From Marsupella aquatica (Eukaryota; Plantae; Marchantiophyta), in the NCBI GenBank assembly GCA_973895155.1, contig OZ316898.1:12301559-12365558 (forward strand): a stretch of DNA of 64,000 nt, given 5' to 3'. Positions 26,416 through 38,344 of this stretch are shown piece by piece. How positions within the stretch are numbered: position 1 is the first letter of the stretch; each line of letters opens with the position of its first letter. Below the pieces are notes generated by a model. The model made no database searches and was not told the origin of the DNA. It saw nothing but the letters and a program-made list of their open reading frames with translations. Made by a program: the position numbers and the translations under genes.

Positions 26416-26822
26416 TAGTGTCTTGCCCCAAACACAACACTCCACATTGTGTCGAAAATGGATTTTTTCAGGTCTCCATAAGAAAAAGTATTTTTTTCTT
26501 TAAAAACAATGTCATTTTAACACAATGCCCGAGTGTTATGTTTGAATATTGGCGTTGTGTTCAAGATTGGACCCTAAACTATTCTACACTGAGCACAAAT
26601 AGTAAAACATTCAAGAATCATATGACAATGCCAAAATTCAAACACAACATCAATATTCGAGCAAAACGTCCATTTTCAAACACAACGCCCTGTAAATACA
26701 AAACAAGAAAACACATAGTCCAAACTTGAATACAACGTCCAGGGCGCACAATTTGAATAGAGCGTCACATGACCCACTATTTGAATACAAGGTCATGACG
26801 TTGTGTTCAGGGGAAGACGGTA
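26416..26822. mobile_element. MITE-like element with degenerate TIRs
   Basis: Left end TA-GTGTCTTGCCCCAAACACAAC versus reverse complement of the right end TA-CCGTCTTCCCCTGAACACAAC (16/21 match). Internal AAACACAAC/GTTGTGTTC sub-repeats occur in both orientations. Confidence 0.5.
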
Positions 26823-27537
26823 GCCAGATCTAGCTAGGTATTGTGCAATGCACGGGGATTGAAATCATCTTAGGTACACATGATATGCAATCCCACCCAT
26901 TCTCCTCCATAGTCTGTTTACAAATTCATTTGGGTGAAAGTAATCATGGTTGTTGTCTGAAATACACTTTTTTGCTCATTATCAACTGCCCAAAATACCC
27001 CTATTAGCCCATCATGCTGCACCCAGCCTGACGGACCTTGCACATCTCACTCGTGTACCTCTGCCTCTTAACTTGGCAGTGCATGGCCTCACACGCTTCC
27101 TAGGCAACCCTCTGGTGGCCACCTCCTTGTATGCCTTGTGCCTTACGGCTTTTGCCTTTATTGCCTCTCCTGCCTTGCCCTTTGTACCTCACCCTCAGGT
27201 GCCCTCGTGGAAGTGAGGGGGAGGAGAGAAAGCAAATGGATAGAGGGACAAAGTTTCAAAAAGAATCAACCTCCTCCCTCTCTGCAGCGCCATGTGACTG
27301 AACTAGGATCTCATGACATCGTGGTCATTGTCACCTGTCTTGTGCCCTTGTATTGCCTCTCCCCACAAAATCATTTTTGCAGCAAGTGTCAATCAAAACA
27401 ACAATATTTCTGTGGGAACAACCACCTAACTAAAACAATGACACTAGCTTCCATAATGACAAAATTGTATCAACAACCACACAATTGCAATGATGACCTT
27501 GTTGAAATGACAATTGACTCCCACAACCAAACCACAA

Positions 27538-29598
27538 TCCTAAACTATAATACAAAGTTGCGTCTTTTTATGAAGTGGTCGTCATTTAAATTTGCAGTGT
27601 CCAAAAAATATTAATCATGTCAGAGAGAAGGAATAAAAATTATATTAAATTTAGTGTGCACCAAAAAATATTAATACATTACAAACAAACGGGGAATCAA
27701 ATGGGAGACACAAAAGTAGGGAGCCAATGCTAGAACCAATGGGGCACACAAAACAAGAGAGTGAATGTACACGCATGAGTATCAAATAGTATACACATGA
27801 AATACAAAACTACATAATATATATGATACTATATATTATTGCAAGTATTACAATATTGCAAAATATAATAATGATAGTAATTTAATTAAAATAGGTTAAT
27901 TAAAAATAAATTAGATTACAAAGACCATATCAAAAGCTATAATAAAATGTTACTTTTTTTTAATTATAGTAGTCATTCAAATCTGCAATATCCCAAAAAT
28001 GAAAAACATGAAAGAATTATTTCTTTTGTGAATGAAAATGGAGAGCAATGTTTCCAAGCACAAAATGAATTTAATAGTAAAAACAAATAAGGAGGGTCTC
28101 TAGCAATGCAAGAGTAACAAGGAGACCTCCCTTTATCATGTACCACTATAATCATGATCCGGTCCCTTTACAAACTAAAAAAAGTGACAATCAATCTTGA
28201 ATGTTTATCAAAACATAAAATTTTCCACACTTTGAGATCTATCCATACACGCCTTCTAAAAGTAAGTTCCTGCCCAAGCTACCCTTTAACCTTCCCATAC
28301 ATGCCACAATTGAAAAAATTAATCAACAATTTATTAATAAATTAAAAATTCTAATTTTTTTGAAATAATTTCAAATATAAATAAAATATAAATAAAATAT
28401 TTCTCATCTTGACATCTTTTATTCATATTAAGATCTTCTCATTTCAAGATCTTTGCTCATCTTGACATATTTTACTCACCTTGAGATATTTTCTCACCTC
28501 AACATATATATCATATTTGTCTCATTTTGCCATATTTTTTTCACCTGGTCATATTTATCTCACCACAACATCTTTCTTCACCCTCAACATTTTTTCCTCA
28601 TATTGATATATTTTTCTCATCGCACCATCTTTTCTCTCCTTGACTTATTTTTCTCACCTTCGAATGTTTTTCTCTAATATGACATCTTTTTCTCACCTTG
28701 CTATATTTTCTTTCCTTGACATATTTTTCTCAGCTCGAAATGTTTTTCTCTTATTGACATCTTTTCTCACCTTGATATATTTTCTCACCTCAACATGCAT
28801 CATTTGTGCAATGCGCAAGTATCAGGTCCGATATGTACTTAACAACATCTTTTACTTCATAACATCGTTTAGTAATGACATACTTTATCTATTGACCATT
28901 TTATACTTAACAACATCTTAATACTTAATGACATCTTTGGCATAACGACATCGTTGGTGACATGACATCTACTTATTTGACACAATTTTTTACTTGATGA
29001 CCTTTTGGGCAACATGCCATCTTTGGCAAAATGATTTCTTTTTCTTAACAACATCTTTTTACTTCATGACATTTTTCACATAAGAACATCATTCTTGGGA
29101 AACACAACATATAATTCTCTTAAGAGCATTTTGGGCGCCACAATACTTTCCTCTTAGTGACATCTTGGGGGACACTACATCTTGGGCGCCACAACATCTG
29201 TTTTCTTAACAATATCTTGGGCGCCATGAGATCCTTATTTTAATGATATTTTGGGCGACACAATTTTTTTTGTCTTAACAACATCTTTTGTGCAATGCAT
29301 GGGTAATTTCCCTCAACGATGTCTTGGCCGACACAACATATTTCTTCTCAATGATGTCTTTGCCGACACGACATCTTTTTTTCAACGACATCTTGGCCGA
29401 CATGACAACTTTTTTTCAATGACCTCTTGGCCAACATGACACCTTTTTTACTCAACGACTTTTTATCTCTCAACCACCTCTTGGCCGACACGACATTTTT
29501 TCTCTCCATGACCTCTTGGCTTACACGTCATCTTTTTTTTCTCAACGACATCTTGGCCGAGACGACTTCTTTTGTGCAACGCACAGGTATTGAGCTCG
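27538..29598 (+). mobile_element. Non-autonomous Helitron (copy 2, ~2.06 kb)
   Basis: Starts A|TCCTAAACTATAATACAAAGTTGCG, and the first ~65 bp are clearly homologous to the 5' end of copy 1. Ends GTGCAACGCACAGGTATTGAGCTCG|T (CTAG variant). It carries the same minisatellite at ~28390-29580. Confidence 0.78.
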
Positions 29599-29952
29599 TG
29601 ACAACATAATTAGATTGATAACTATACAATGCACTAGCACTGGGCTCAGTTCACTTTTCCCAGACTCTCCATTTCCTCAATGACTTCCTTGCGTCAATGA
29701 CATTTCTGTGCCTCAAGCCGTGCCTCAATGGCTTCATTGCCTTGAAGACACCCTTGCGATGATGACACATAACATTATACCTCTTCAACTTACGTGTATC
29801 AAAAGTATTTTGTTGACTGACCTACATCAACCTAATTTTTGAAGCTACTATATGGTGAATGCACATTTCAGATTTTGTCTTATTCAGATTTTTGTATCAT
29901 GTATTTTCATTTCAATATGCCTTATCAAGTGGCAGCCTTTGTATTCTATACA

Positions 29953-30088
29953 TTTCTAATTAATTTTTAGACCCCTTTAGTTTTAGGTATTCTAGAGGGT
30001 TTTGAACTTATTTTGGCAGAATTTCTAATTAATTTTTAGACCCCTTTAGTTTTAAGTATTCTAGAGGGTTTTGAACTTATTTTGGCAG
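29953..30088. repeat. ~69-bp tandem duplication
   Basis: TTTCTAATTAATTTTTAGACCCCTTTAGTTTTA(G/A)GTATTCTAGAGGGTTTTGAACTTATTTTGGCAG occurs twice with 1 mismatch. Confidence 0.9.
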
Positions 30089-31227
30089 CCCCTTTTTACA
30101 TTATGTGTTTTCTTAGAGATGAAACCAAAGGCTCCACCACCACGAGTGAGAGAAATGACGCTGAAGAACATGAATAGATAGCCTCTTAAGTTCTCTTCAT
30201 GTTTTTCTTTCCTAGGTTTATGGTTTTTATTGAAAGGAGTGTCATTCATAAGGCACCCTGAGTTAAGTGCACACATCGTAGCATCGTTTGACTGTACCTT
30301 TTTTTGGTCAGTGTGTTTTTCTTGGCAGACACTTTACTTATATAACAGCACTTCTATGCTCTCATATTTTATTTACTTTCAGATCGCTATTTGATCATAT
30401 GCATATCAAATAGCGATGAGCATGCTATATCACAACATTTTGTTGACTCACCTAGATATTTTCTATACAACTGACAAGCATAGAGCTCATCTTCCTCAAA
30501 TAGAATTATTTTGCTCAGTATATAAAATTTTGAGATAAATACACAATTGTGTGAAATGCCTAGAGAATTCTGACAACATAGACCTAAATTCTTAGAACAC
30601 AACATTTGAAAACATGCTCAGATGGACATATGAAATTCTCATTGATTGTCTTCAATGCTGGTTTATATTATTTTAAATAATATATATAATCTATTTCACA
30701 ATTCCGGGTGCAAAAAGGGATGGTCCATTATTATACTGTGGTCAAACTTGATCACCATTGGAGGATCAAGGTCCAGACAAAGAATTGGAGGAATATTATG
30801 TCTTAGATAAAACCTACGTAACAAATTTCAAAATATTATTTAAAGTATATGCCAACTGGGTTTCCAGTCCGATAGTTTTCAGTGAGGATGACTTGGAACT
30901 CATCTACAGTAGTACACTGTCACTTTTCGTGCAAACAAGAAAAATGCGCCTATTTAAATTGCGTTGGTGGAACACTCTGCAGCCGGAAACTATCTGCAAA
31001 ATCCCTTGCGCGCCTAATATTAATAGAATTAAATTTGATTCAGGTAACCTACCAGCCGCCCGGGATGCACGTGAAAGCATAGGGCAATTAAACCCCACCT
31101 GCCAAAATACCGCCCCCATCACTAAACTACCGGGGGCTCTAAAAATCGCGCACCCGGCAGATCTCTTGAGAGAACCGCCGCTACCCGTGATCGGTGATCC
31201 GGACTGGAAGCCACGGTCCACTGATGA

Positions 31228-31299
31228 AGGGGCGGCAGGATTCGAACCTGTGACCTGCGGAGAAATGCATTAACTGCTCCTCCACATATCCCAAACCCC
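31228..31299 (-). other. tRNA-like element with a perfect Pol III B-box
   Basis: 72 nt: GGGGTTT...GGTCACAGGTTCGAATCCTGCCGCCCCT. It has a T-arm and a partial acceptor stem but no canonical D or anticodon arms. Confidence 0.35.
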
Positions 31300-31599
31300 G
31301 TGAAATGATGACGAAAGAAAAACAATGCAGTCCAAATGCGAGCTTGTAACATTGTTTGGATAGTCACCCGCCTGACGGGGTCTTTGACGCCAAAATCGGA
31401 CGCCGGCGGGTGATGACTTTTAGTGGCAGGGACATAAAACGGGTTGCTGACTGTAAGGCGGTCCATCGCGGATGCCCGCGGGGAATGCGTGGCCGTTGGA
31501 TCTCTGATTGGACGGGTGGGATTGCATAGGAGACCCGAGGATGGACTACGCTACGCCCATGGAACCTCTCCCTGGGGACGGTCAGCAGGTGAGAGGACT

Positions 31600-33979
31600 G
31601 GAAGAGTGTGAGAGAGAGTGCACGAGAGGCTGAGAGAGAGGGAGGGTCGAGTCCCTCGTCGTCAACAGACATCGAAAGCTTTTTCGGGTTCGCTTTGTTG
31701 GTTGAATTGAGGGAAGGGAAGGGAAGGGAACGAAGAATCTCGATGGGGAGGTGAGCTGAGGAATGAGCAGAGTCCGATGATGGAGAGAGGAACAACGTGG
31801 AACTAACGAAGCTGTGCATAAGTTCTGCCGTTGTTGTGGCGCTGCAGGCTAGAGGAGCAGCCGAGCAGGAGTACTAGTAGTAAAGCTCCGTAGTTCAGTT
31901 CAGTTCAGTTCGGCTGACTGGCTGCTTTGAATGCTCCCTCTGTGAAGCTGTTTGTGTGCAGCGGTCACTCATTCATCATCGCTGCGATTCTCTCGTCTGG
32001 TCTCGTCTGGTGTGGTGTGGTGTGGTGTGGTGTGGTCTCGTGTCGTGTGGCCTGGGCTAGTTCCTTCGTCTCGGTCTGTTTGTTTGCTTGCTGAGCGCGA
32101 GGCTCGCTTCCAGTTTAGAAAGAAGTGAGCGGAGAACGAGAGGGCAGCACCTCGTGTAATTGAGTAGTGCCAGAGGATAGAGAGAGAGCCAGGCAGGCAT
32201 GCACAGAGAGAGAGAGAGGGCGAGGGGAGGAGCAGAGGGAGGGAGGGAGGGGGAGGGAGGGGGAGTGAGAGATGGATAGATAGATAGATAGATAGGCTTG
32301 CAGGTCGACTTTTGTCTGCTCTCTCGGACAATAACAACAGCAGCAGCGCCAACCTTGCCTCGTGCAGGGCAGGGTGTGGTCCTTCCTGCTCTCGGGGGAC
32401 CGGAGGGAGGGAGGGACTCGAGGGAGGGAAGAAAGGGGAAGGGAGAGAGACAAAGTACAGTAGTGTATATGATTTTTAAATTGGCAGCATTTTGGAGGAA
32501 CTTTTTGCTGCGTTAGATAGATCGAAAGCGAGTGAGCGAGTCGTTCCTTCAGCATTTGCCCTTGTGTCTTGCTTGGCTTCCGCTGTGCTTTGCTTTGCCG
32601 TGGCTTGGCTTGGCTCGGCTCGGCTCGGCTCGGCTCGCCCGTGCACGAGTCGGGTGGTCCGGTATAGGCGCGGGGGAAGGGGACGGGACGGGAGGGGTCG
32701 GGTCGAGTCGAGTCGAGTCAGGTCATCGTGTAAAGTATGAGCATCGTCGTCGCGTCTCGCATCATAGGGTAGAGTAGCGCGTTGCTTGAAGGGAGTGAAG
32801 AGGAGAGAGGAGAGGAGAGGAAGCACACAACAGTGGAGGAAAGAGGAAGGAAAGGGAGGGGCGGTTGTGTGTGGAGGGAGGGAGGGAGGGAGCGAGAGTC
32901 GGCAGTGGGGCACGGCTCGGCTCGGCTCGGCTCGACTGGAGAAGAAAGGGAATCGAAGGGAACGGAAGCGGAAGGAAGAGACGGAGGGTTAATGGTTCTG
33001 GTCCTCGGTCTCGTTGTGGTCGTGTCGTCTTCGTTTGGTGACCTTGTTCGTAGCACAGCAGCAGAGCAGCAGCAGCAGGGGCATTTTGGGGGTGACGAAG
33101 ATAGAGGAGTTTGTGTCTCGTGAATAGGAGCAAGTTAGGGTACGGAGAGTGGAACACATCAGTGTCTTCATCTTAGCGAGCTTTTGGGTGAGGAGCGAAG
33201 GTGGGACGATAGCGGCCTGTAGTTTGAGCCCTGCAGAATTGTGGAAGGCCATTTTCGGGTACTGTCGAGGAAGTGCTGCATCTGGAAAAGACGTCTTGCG
33301 AATCTTGACTGACTAATTTAGTGTCTGCGCTGCGATTGAGACACGAGAGTGAAGTCCTGGGCAGGGCAGTGCATGTGCATATTCGGGGATCGGAAGTCGG
33401 AGGAAGGAGGCTCCGGGAGGTGTTCATGGTGGCGCCCCTGACCTGATGGCATGGGAAACATTCCCCTGTCCAGCATCGGCCGGGCTTTGTAAGACTCGCG
33501 TAGCAGAAGCAGTGGAGGAGCGAGGTGCCTAAGGACATAGCGTGGGTTGTTGTACAGCGACGAGAGGGTTGTTTGCCTCCGAAGTCGCATACAGTCTCGT
33601 GCAGATCTACTCCATTGGAATCGAAGCATGCGTTATGATAGCTTGGTTTTGTTTGCGAGGCAGGGGTTCAGTTGAACCGGTTGGAGTGTGGAGAACTGTC
33701 GAAGTTTGGAGCAGGGTGCTTCCTCCACTTCGCAATGGGTAGCTCTTGAGATTTCCTCCTGTTGCGCTCTTCTTATGGACACGATCATTACTGCTGATAG
33801 GTCAGGTCGTAGTGCTGGACTTTGATGCCAATTTGCACCTTGCTGCAAATGCATGGGCGGGTGCTGGTGCGGCCGAAGAGAAAGGGGGAGTGCTGGTAGA
33901 CATCAATCGTATGCGGGTGCTGACCTTGCTTAGGATAACTTTAAGATAGAGGCGGTGGGGCAAGGGTAGGCGCCGAGGT
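31600..33979 (+). promoter_or_regulatory. Long purine-rich, microsatellite-dense upstream/5'-leader region of the PP2A B' gene
   Basis: (GA)n and (GGGA)n tracts, (GTTCA)4 ~31892, (GTGTG)n ~32010, (GATA)n ~32275, (GGCTC)n ~32610 and ~32915, (GTCGA)n ~32702, (CAG)n. The transcription start cannot be determined from sequence. Confidence 0.5.
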
Positions 33980-36354
33980 ATGATTAACAAAATTTCGAAG
34001 CGCCTGTCTATTCGCAACAAAGGGAGTAACAGGCCGAATGACCCCAATGACCCAGGATCCGCAGGCGCCTCAACTACTGGAGGGGTTGGACCCGCAGCTC
34101 CAGCCCCAGCCCCGGCTGCCGCTGCCGCTCCTGCTGCGGGCCCTAATCTACGCGGAGGAGTAACTGCTCCTGCTGCGGGAGCTAGGGCTGCTGCAGCCCC
34201 CAGTAGCAGGAATAACGCTTCAACGGCAGCAGTACCCCCGAGATTTGGACCAGGAAAGGAGAAGTTGTCACCGAACTTGACGCTCAACAATGGTCCAGGT
34301 CCCTTTTTTGATCCTCTGCCTGCTTTCAGAGACCTTCCAAGTTCTGACAGGCAGAATTTGTTCATTAAAAAGCTCCATCTTTGTTGTTACACTTTCGACT
34401 TCACTGACCCCACAAAGAATGTCAAGGAGAAAGAGATTAAGAGGCAAACCTTATTGGAGCTGGTGGAATACGTGACATCGGGAACAGGGAAGTTTACGGA
34501 GGCTGTGTTCGAAGATATCACTAAAATGCTTGTAACAAACCTGTTTCGTACGCTACCCCCCTCCTCTCATGAAAATACCGGAGCTGATAACTTTGATCCC
34601 GAAGAGGAGGAGCCAACCATGGAACCGGCATGGCCTCATCTTCAAATAGTGTACGAGTTTCTTCTTCGCTACATTGTGTCCCCTGAGACTGATGCTAAGC
34701 TAGCGAAGAGATACATCGATCACTCATTTGTCCTCAGATTACTAGACCTATTTGACTCGGAGGATCCAAGGGAACGAGAATACTTGAAAACAATATTGCA
34801 TCGCATTTATGGTAAGTTTATGGTACATCGTCCTTTCATTCGCAAGGCGATAAATAATATCTTTTATCGTTTCATTTTTGAAACAGAGAAGCACAATGGA
34901 ATAGCAGAGTTACTGGAAATCCTTGGCAGTATCATTAATGGATTTGCTCTTCCTCTCAAAGAGGAACACAAGCTATTTCTAGTGCGTGCCCTGATCCCCT
35001 TGCATAAGCCCAAGTGTGTGTCAATGTACCACCAACAGCTCTCTTATTGTATAACCCAATTCGTGGAAAAGGACTTCAAACTTGCGGACACTGTGATCAG
35101 AGGCCTCTTGAAGTACTGGCCAGTGACTAATAGCCAAAAGGAAGTCCTGTTCTTGGGCGAGTTAGAGGAAGTCTTGGAGGCTACCCAGGCAGCTGAGTTT
35201 CAACGGTGCATGGGTCCTTTGTTTCGACAAATAGGTCGCTGTCTCAACAGTTCGCACTTTCAGGTAAGCCAGCGTCTTTACCCGTCCTTCTGGTCAAGCC
35301 GCTGGGCTTTCTTTGTTGAGAGCAACGGATATCGAGAGTTTTTCGCGAACATTTTACGACATTTCTTAAAAGATGCATTTGGGTTTTCTTCTCTTAGTGA
35401 TAGTTGAATCATTCCTCCTGCTCTGGTTCGTTCTGTTGTGTAACAGACGATCAGTATATACTCTAGTCGGTGTCCAGTGTTTGGTCGGTATAATGAGCCT
35501 GAATCTCCAGTAGAAACAGTTACGATTTAAGGGTTCCGTGACAGTGTGTCCCTGTTGGCATTCTATCTTAGGTTTTAGCCTCTGTCTCAGGGTGATTTAT
35601 CTTGGTGTCTCCGTACTGATGACGCTGTTCAGGGATGTTAGTCTCTGGTTGACTATATTGTTGTTCAGATTATGTTGTGAAACGCTAGTGGTATGTTTAT
35701 TACTTGAGTATCTGCGGGCTATGTAGTCGGCTCATACTTGGTTGTACTTTACTGATGTTTCCGTGCAAAACCTGGACTTTGTATTGAATATTGTTAAAGA
35801 ATTGGTAACAGCTTGTGCCTTTTACTCGTCAGTGTTACGAACTGGAGCCTGCGTAAATGTATTGGTTTCGCAAGCCAGTTGAACTGAATATCAACTGTGT
35901 TTTGTTACCTGAATTGATAAGAGTTCCACTTGGATATCTTGCAGTCTTGATACCATTTCCGTATTTGTGTTTCCAGGTGGCAGAGCGGGCCTTATTTTTG
36001 TGGAATAACGATCACATTGTAAGTCTGGTTGCACAGAACAGGCAGGTTGTGCTACCCCTCATTTTTACTGCCTTAGAGAGAAACACCAGGAGCCATTGGA
36101 ATCAAGCAGTAAACGGGCTTACATTGAATGTCAGAAAGATGTTCTTGGAGATGGACCAGGATCTTTTCCAGGAGTGCCAGCGGAAATTTCAAGAAGATGA
36201 ATCAAAAGCGAAGGAGGTAGAAGAGAAGCGGGAGACCACATGGAAGCGTCTGGAAGCTGCTGCTTCGACCAGACCTATAAGTACTGAGAATATGTTGAGC
36301 TCACTAGGCCTAAACAACAATCTTGCTTATGGCAGCAGGGCTATCGTAAGCTAG
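33980..36354 (+). CDS. Protein phosphatase 2A regulatory subunit B' (B56 family), 2 coding exons
   Basis: Exon 1 is 33980-35263 (CAG|GTAAGC) and exon 2 is 35977-36354 (TTCCAG|GTG). B56 signatures: [78 protein letters not shown]|VAERAL, HWNQAV. The N-terminus is Ala/Pro/Gly-rich. Confidence 0.97.
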
Positions 36355-38171
36355 TGTTAGGTTCACGCGTTGTGGTTGTCCAAGGATGGGATGCGGTTGA
36401 GGTTGGAAGGAAACCCAAATCTCCTTGAATCTGAGCGTTCACCCTGCATATTTGTTAGTATATAGGATTTCTGTTTGGCCCTGTGAAGGTGGGTCGAAGG
36501 TGTGCATTGCGCCTAGCTAGGGTGCCCGTAAGACGCATGTCTAATGGTGGACAGCAAATGCAATTCTATACATCTTATTTGCGAGGCTGAGGGGATGGGA
36601 AAAGGTGACTGTACGGAGCCTGTCATTATGTTATCTGTATGCCCACCATCTTTCCTCTCCTGCGGGATTCTCAGCATCGGAGCGTAGAGAAAGGGGAAGA
36701 AGGCAGGGAGGAGATGTGGAAAAGAGTTGGCCCTTAGTGTAAGATCTGTAGTTGCTTTGTTTGGGCAGCTTGTCTGCTTTCATTGTTTGGTGTAAAGACG
36801 GTCTTGTTCCTCCCTCAGCATCCAATGTGCTTCTGTCGTCAATAGCCCCGTTATGGCGTTTTATGAGGTGTTCTACTTCCATATGAAGCACTGTAATAGG
36901 GGAACATCTGATGCGGGCTTCAACTGGACTTTTCTCACAGCCAGGTCACTTCCAAGTAAGCCGTTATTCTTGTAGATTAGATGCGTTACTTGTAGTTGGC
37001 AGTTGGAGTTACAGTGCAGGATCCCTTAACTGAAAGAGATCGGCTTGTGGGGTTGGCTTTGGTACTGGTTTGTAAGGAAGTGGAGCAATTATCATCAGTG
37101 CTTGGACTGAGTCGGATATCCCCACTGTCGGTGGGCCTTTTGTCTAAAAGCTCAAAATATGCAACTATGCTGTATTGGTACATCAATTGTCTCAAAACGT
37201 GGATACGAATCGCTCTATCCATCCTGATTTATGTTACTGGCAATGGCAGTTGTGCCAGTTGTGCGTAACCTCGTTCGTTTGCCACTTGGCGTGCACAACT
37301 GAACTTACACCCTTTGAACGTCAAGCATGACCATATTTTTACTCGTTCCAGTTGAGTTGATTACTTCCGATGGCGGGAGCGTTCTTTTAATTATGCCAGA
37401 TTCCAGGCCATTGACGAAGTTTTGGACGTTTTTGCGGTTTTACTTGAACATTATTTAGGTTTGGGGCAGTAGGATCTCCTCCAGTTGTTTTCGTTGGGGA
37501 CACATGAAGGTTCTTAAAGTGGCACGACAAGTTAGGAGTCTGTCCTTCATTGAGACGTTCTCAATTGTCCTGGACTTTTGGTAGAAATTGCAGTTCTTAC
37601 GAATAGGAGAAACTCATTAGCTATTGCTACTCGATTGTTAATTAGTAGATCATGTCTTGATAGCGGTTGTCCTGGTTCTTACCTTTCTCCTTTCATCCCT
37701 GTTGCCTCCCTATTTGTCCCTTGTGGTTAGATACAGAATTCCATTTTGTGCAAGTTTTGAATTTTGACTCCATGCACGTGGCACTGGTGTGAAGAAGCTG
37801 ATGCTAATGCGGAGTGTTCTGAGACCAGTCACATTGCAACTTTGCTATGAATGTCGTCTAGGAGTCTCCCTTCTATGTTTGGTCTTTTGATCTAGATGGC
37901 CTCTGCGGTACCAAAGCAAGATATGCCGGTATCCCTTTGAGTTGTACTGGTTTATCCTTTTGTACATGAGTACGTAAAGTTTTTCTTGAGATTTGACTGC
38001 GTCAAAGATGCTTTGTTTTCTGTTGCTTTTCCTTAGAGTCTATCTCTTTATGCTATAATCCCGAACAGGACCTTTTGCAGTTTTTGGGAGTTATATTCTT
38101 AAGATATGAGGTAATGGCTGCTGGTGATCTTGTTCAGTTAGCCTTGTAGCTAGAGGACGTGAGAACAATAA

Positions 38172-38344
38172 GCTGACGAAGGCTGCTGCCAGGTTAAGTT
38201 CTTTATAATCTGTCTGGAGTTGTGGGATTGAGGTGCATTCAGTTAGTCGTAGCGGAGGGATGTGAAGGCGAGATGCTGATGAAGGCTGCTGCCAGGTTAA
38301 GTTCTTTTTAATATGATTGCGGAGTTGTGAGATTGATGTACATT
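38172..38344. repeat. ~70-bp diverged direct repeat x2
   Basis: GCTGA(C/T)GAAGGCTGCTGCCAGGTTAAGTTCTTT...GGAGTTGTG.GATTGA.GT.CATT at ~38172 and ~38275. Confidence 0.75.

Noticed and set aside
512-29598. One giant 29-kb TIR (foldback/Pack-type) transposon capturing CAND2 and CHR24
   Set aside because: No TSD. Each arm has its own Helitron 5'-TC and 3'-hairpin/CTAG-type end, so two independent insertions explain it better.
30758-31273. 171-aa ORF as a gene
   Set aside because: It has a non-ATG start, spans an AT-rich to GC-rich boundary and the tRNA-like element, and has no recognisable motif.
31221-31320. Hammerhead ribozyme (CTGATGA...GAAA) or C/D snoRNA
   Set aside because: Stems I and III cannot be formed around a cleavage triplet, and the C/D-like boxes lack a terminal stem or a recognisable guide.
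31364-33960. Numerous 100-150 aa ORFs on both strands
   Set aside because: These are translations of microsatellites (PSLP, AEPSR, HHTTP) with no domain or splice support.
33802-34365. 187-aa antisense ORF over the PP2A N-terminus
   Set aside because: Shadow of GC-rich Ala/Pro/Gly codons on the sense strand.
35264-35407. C-terminal extension of the 475-aa PP2A ORF
   Set aside because: This is read-through into the intron. The conserved SHFQ|VAERAL junction defines the splice at 35263/35977.
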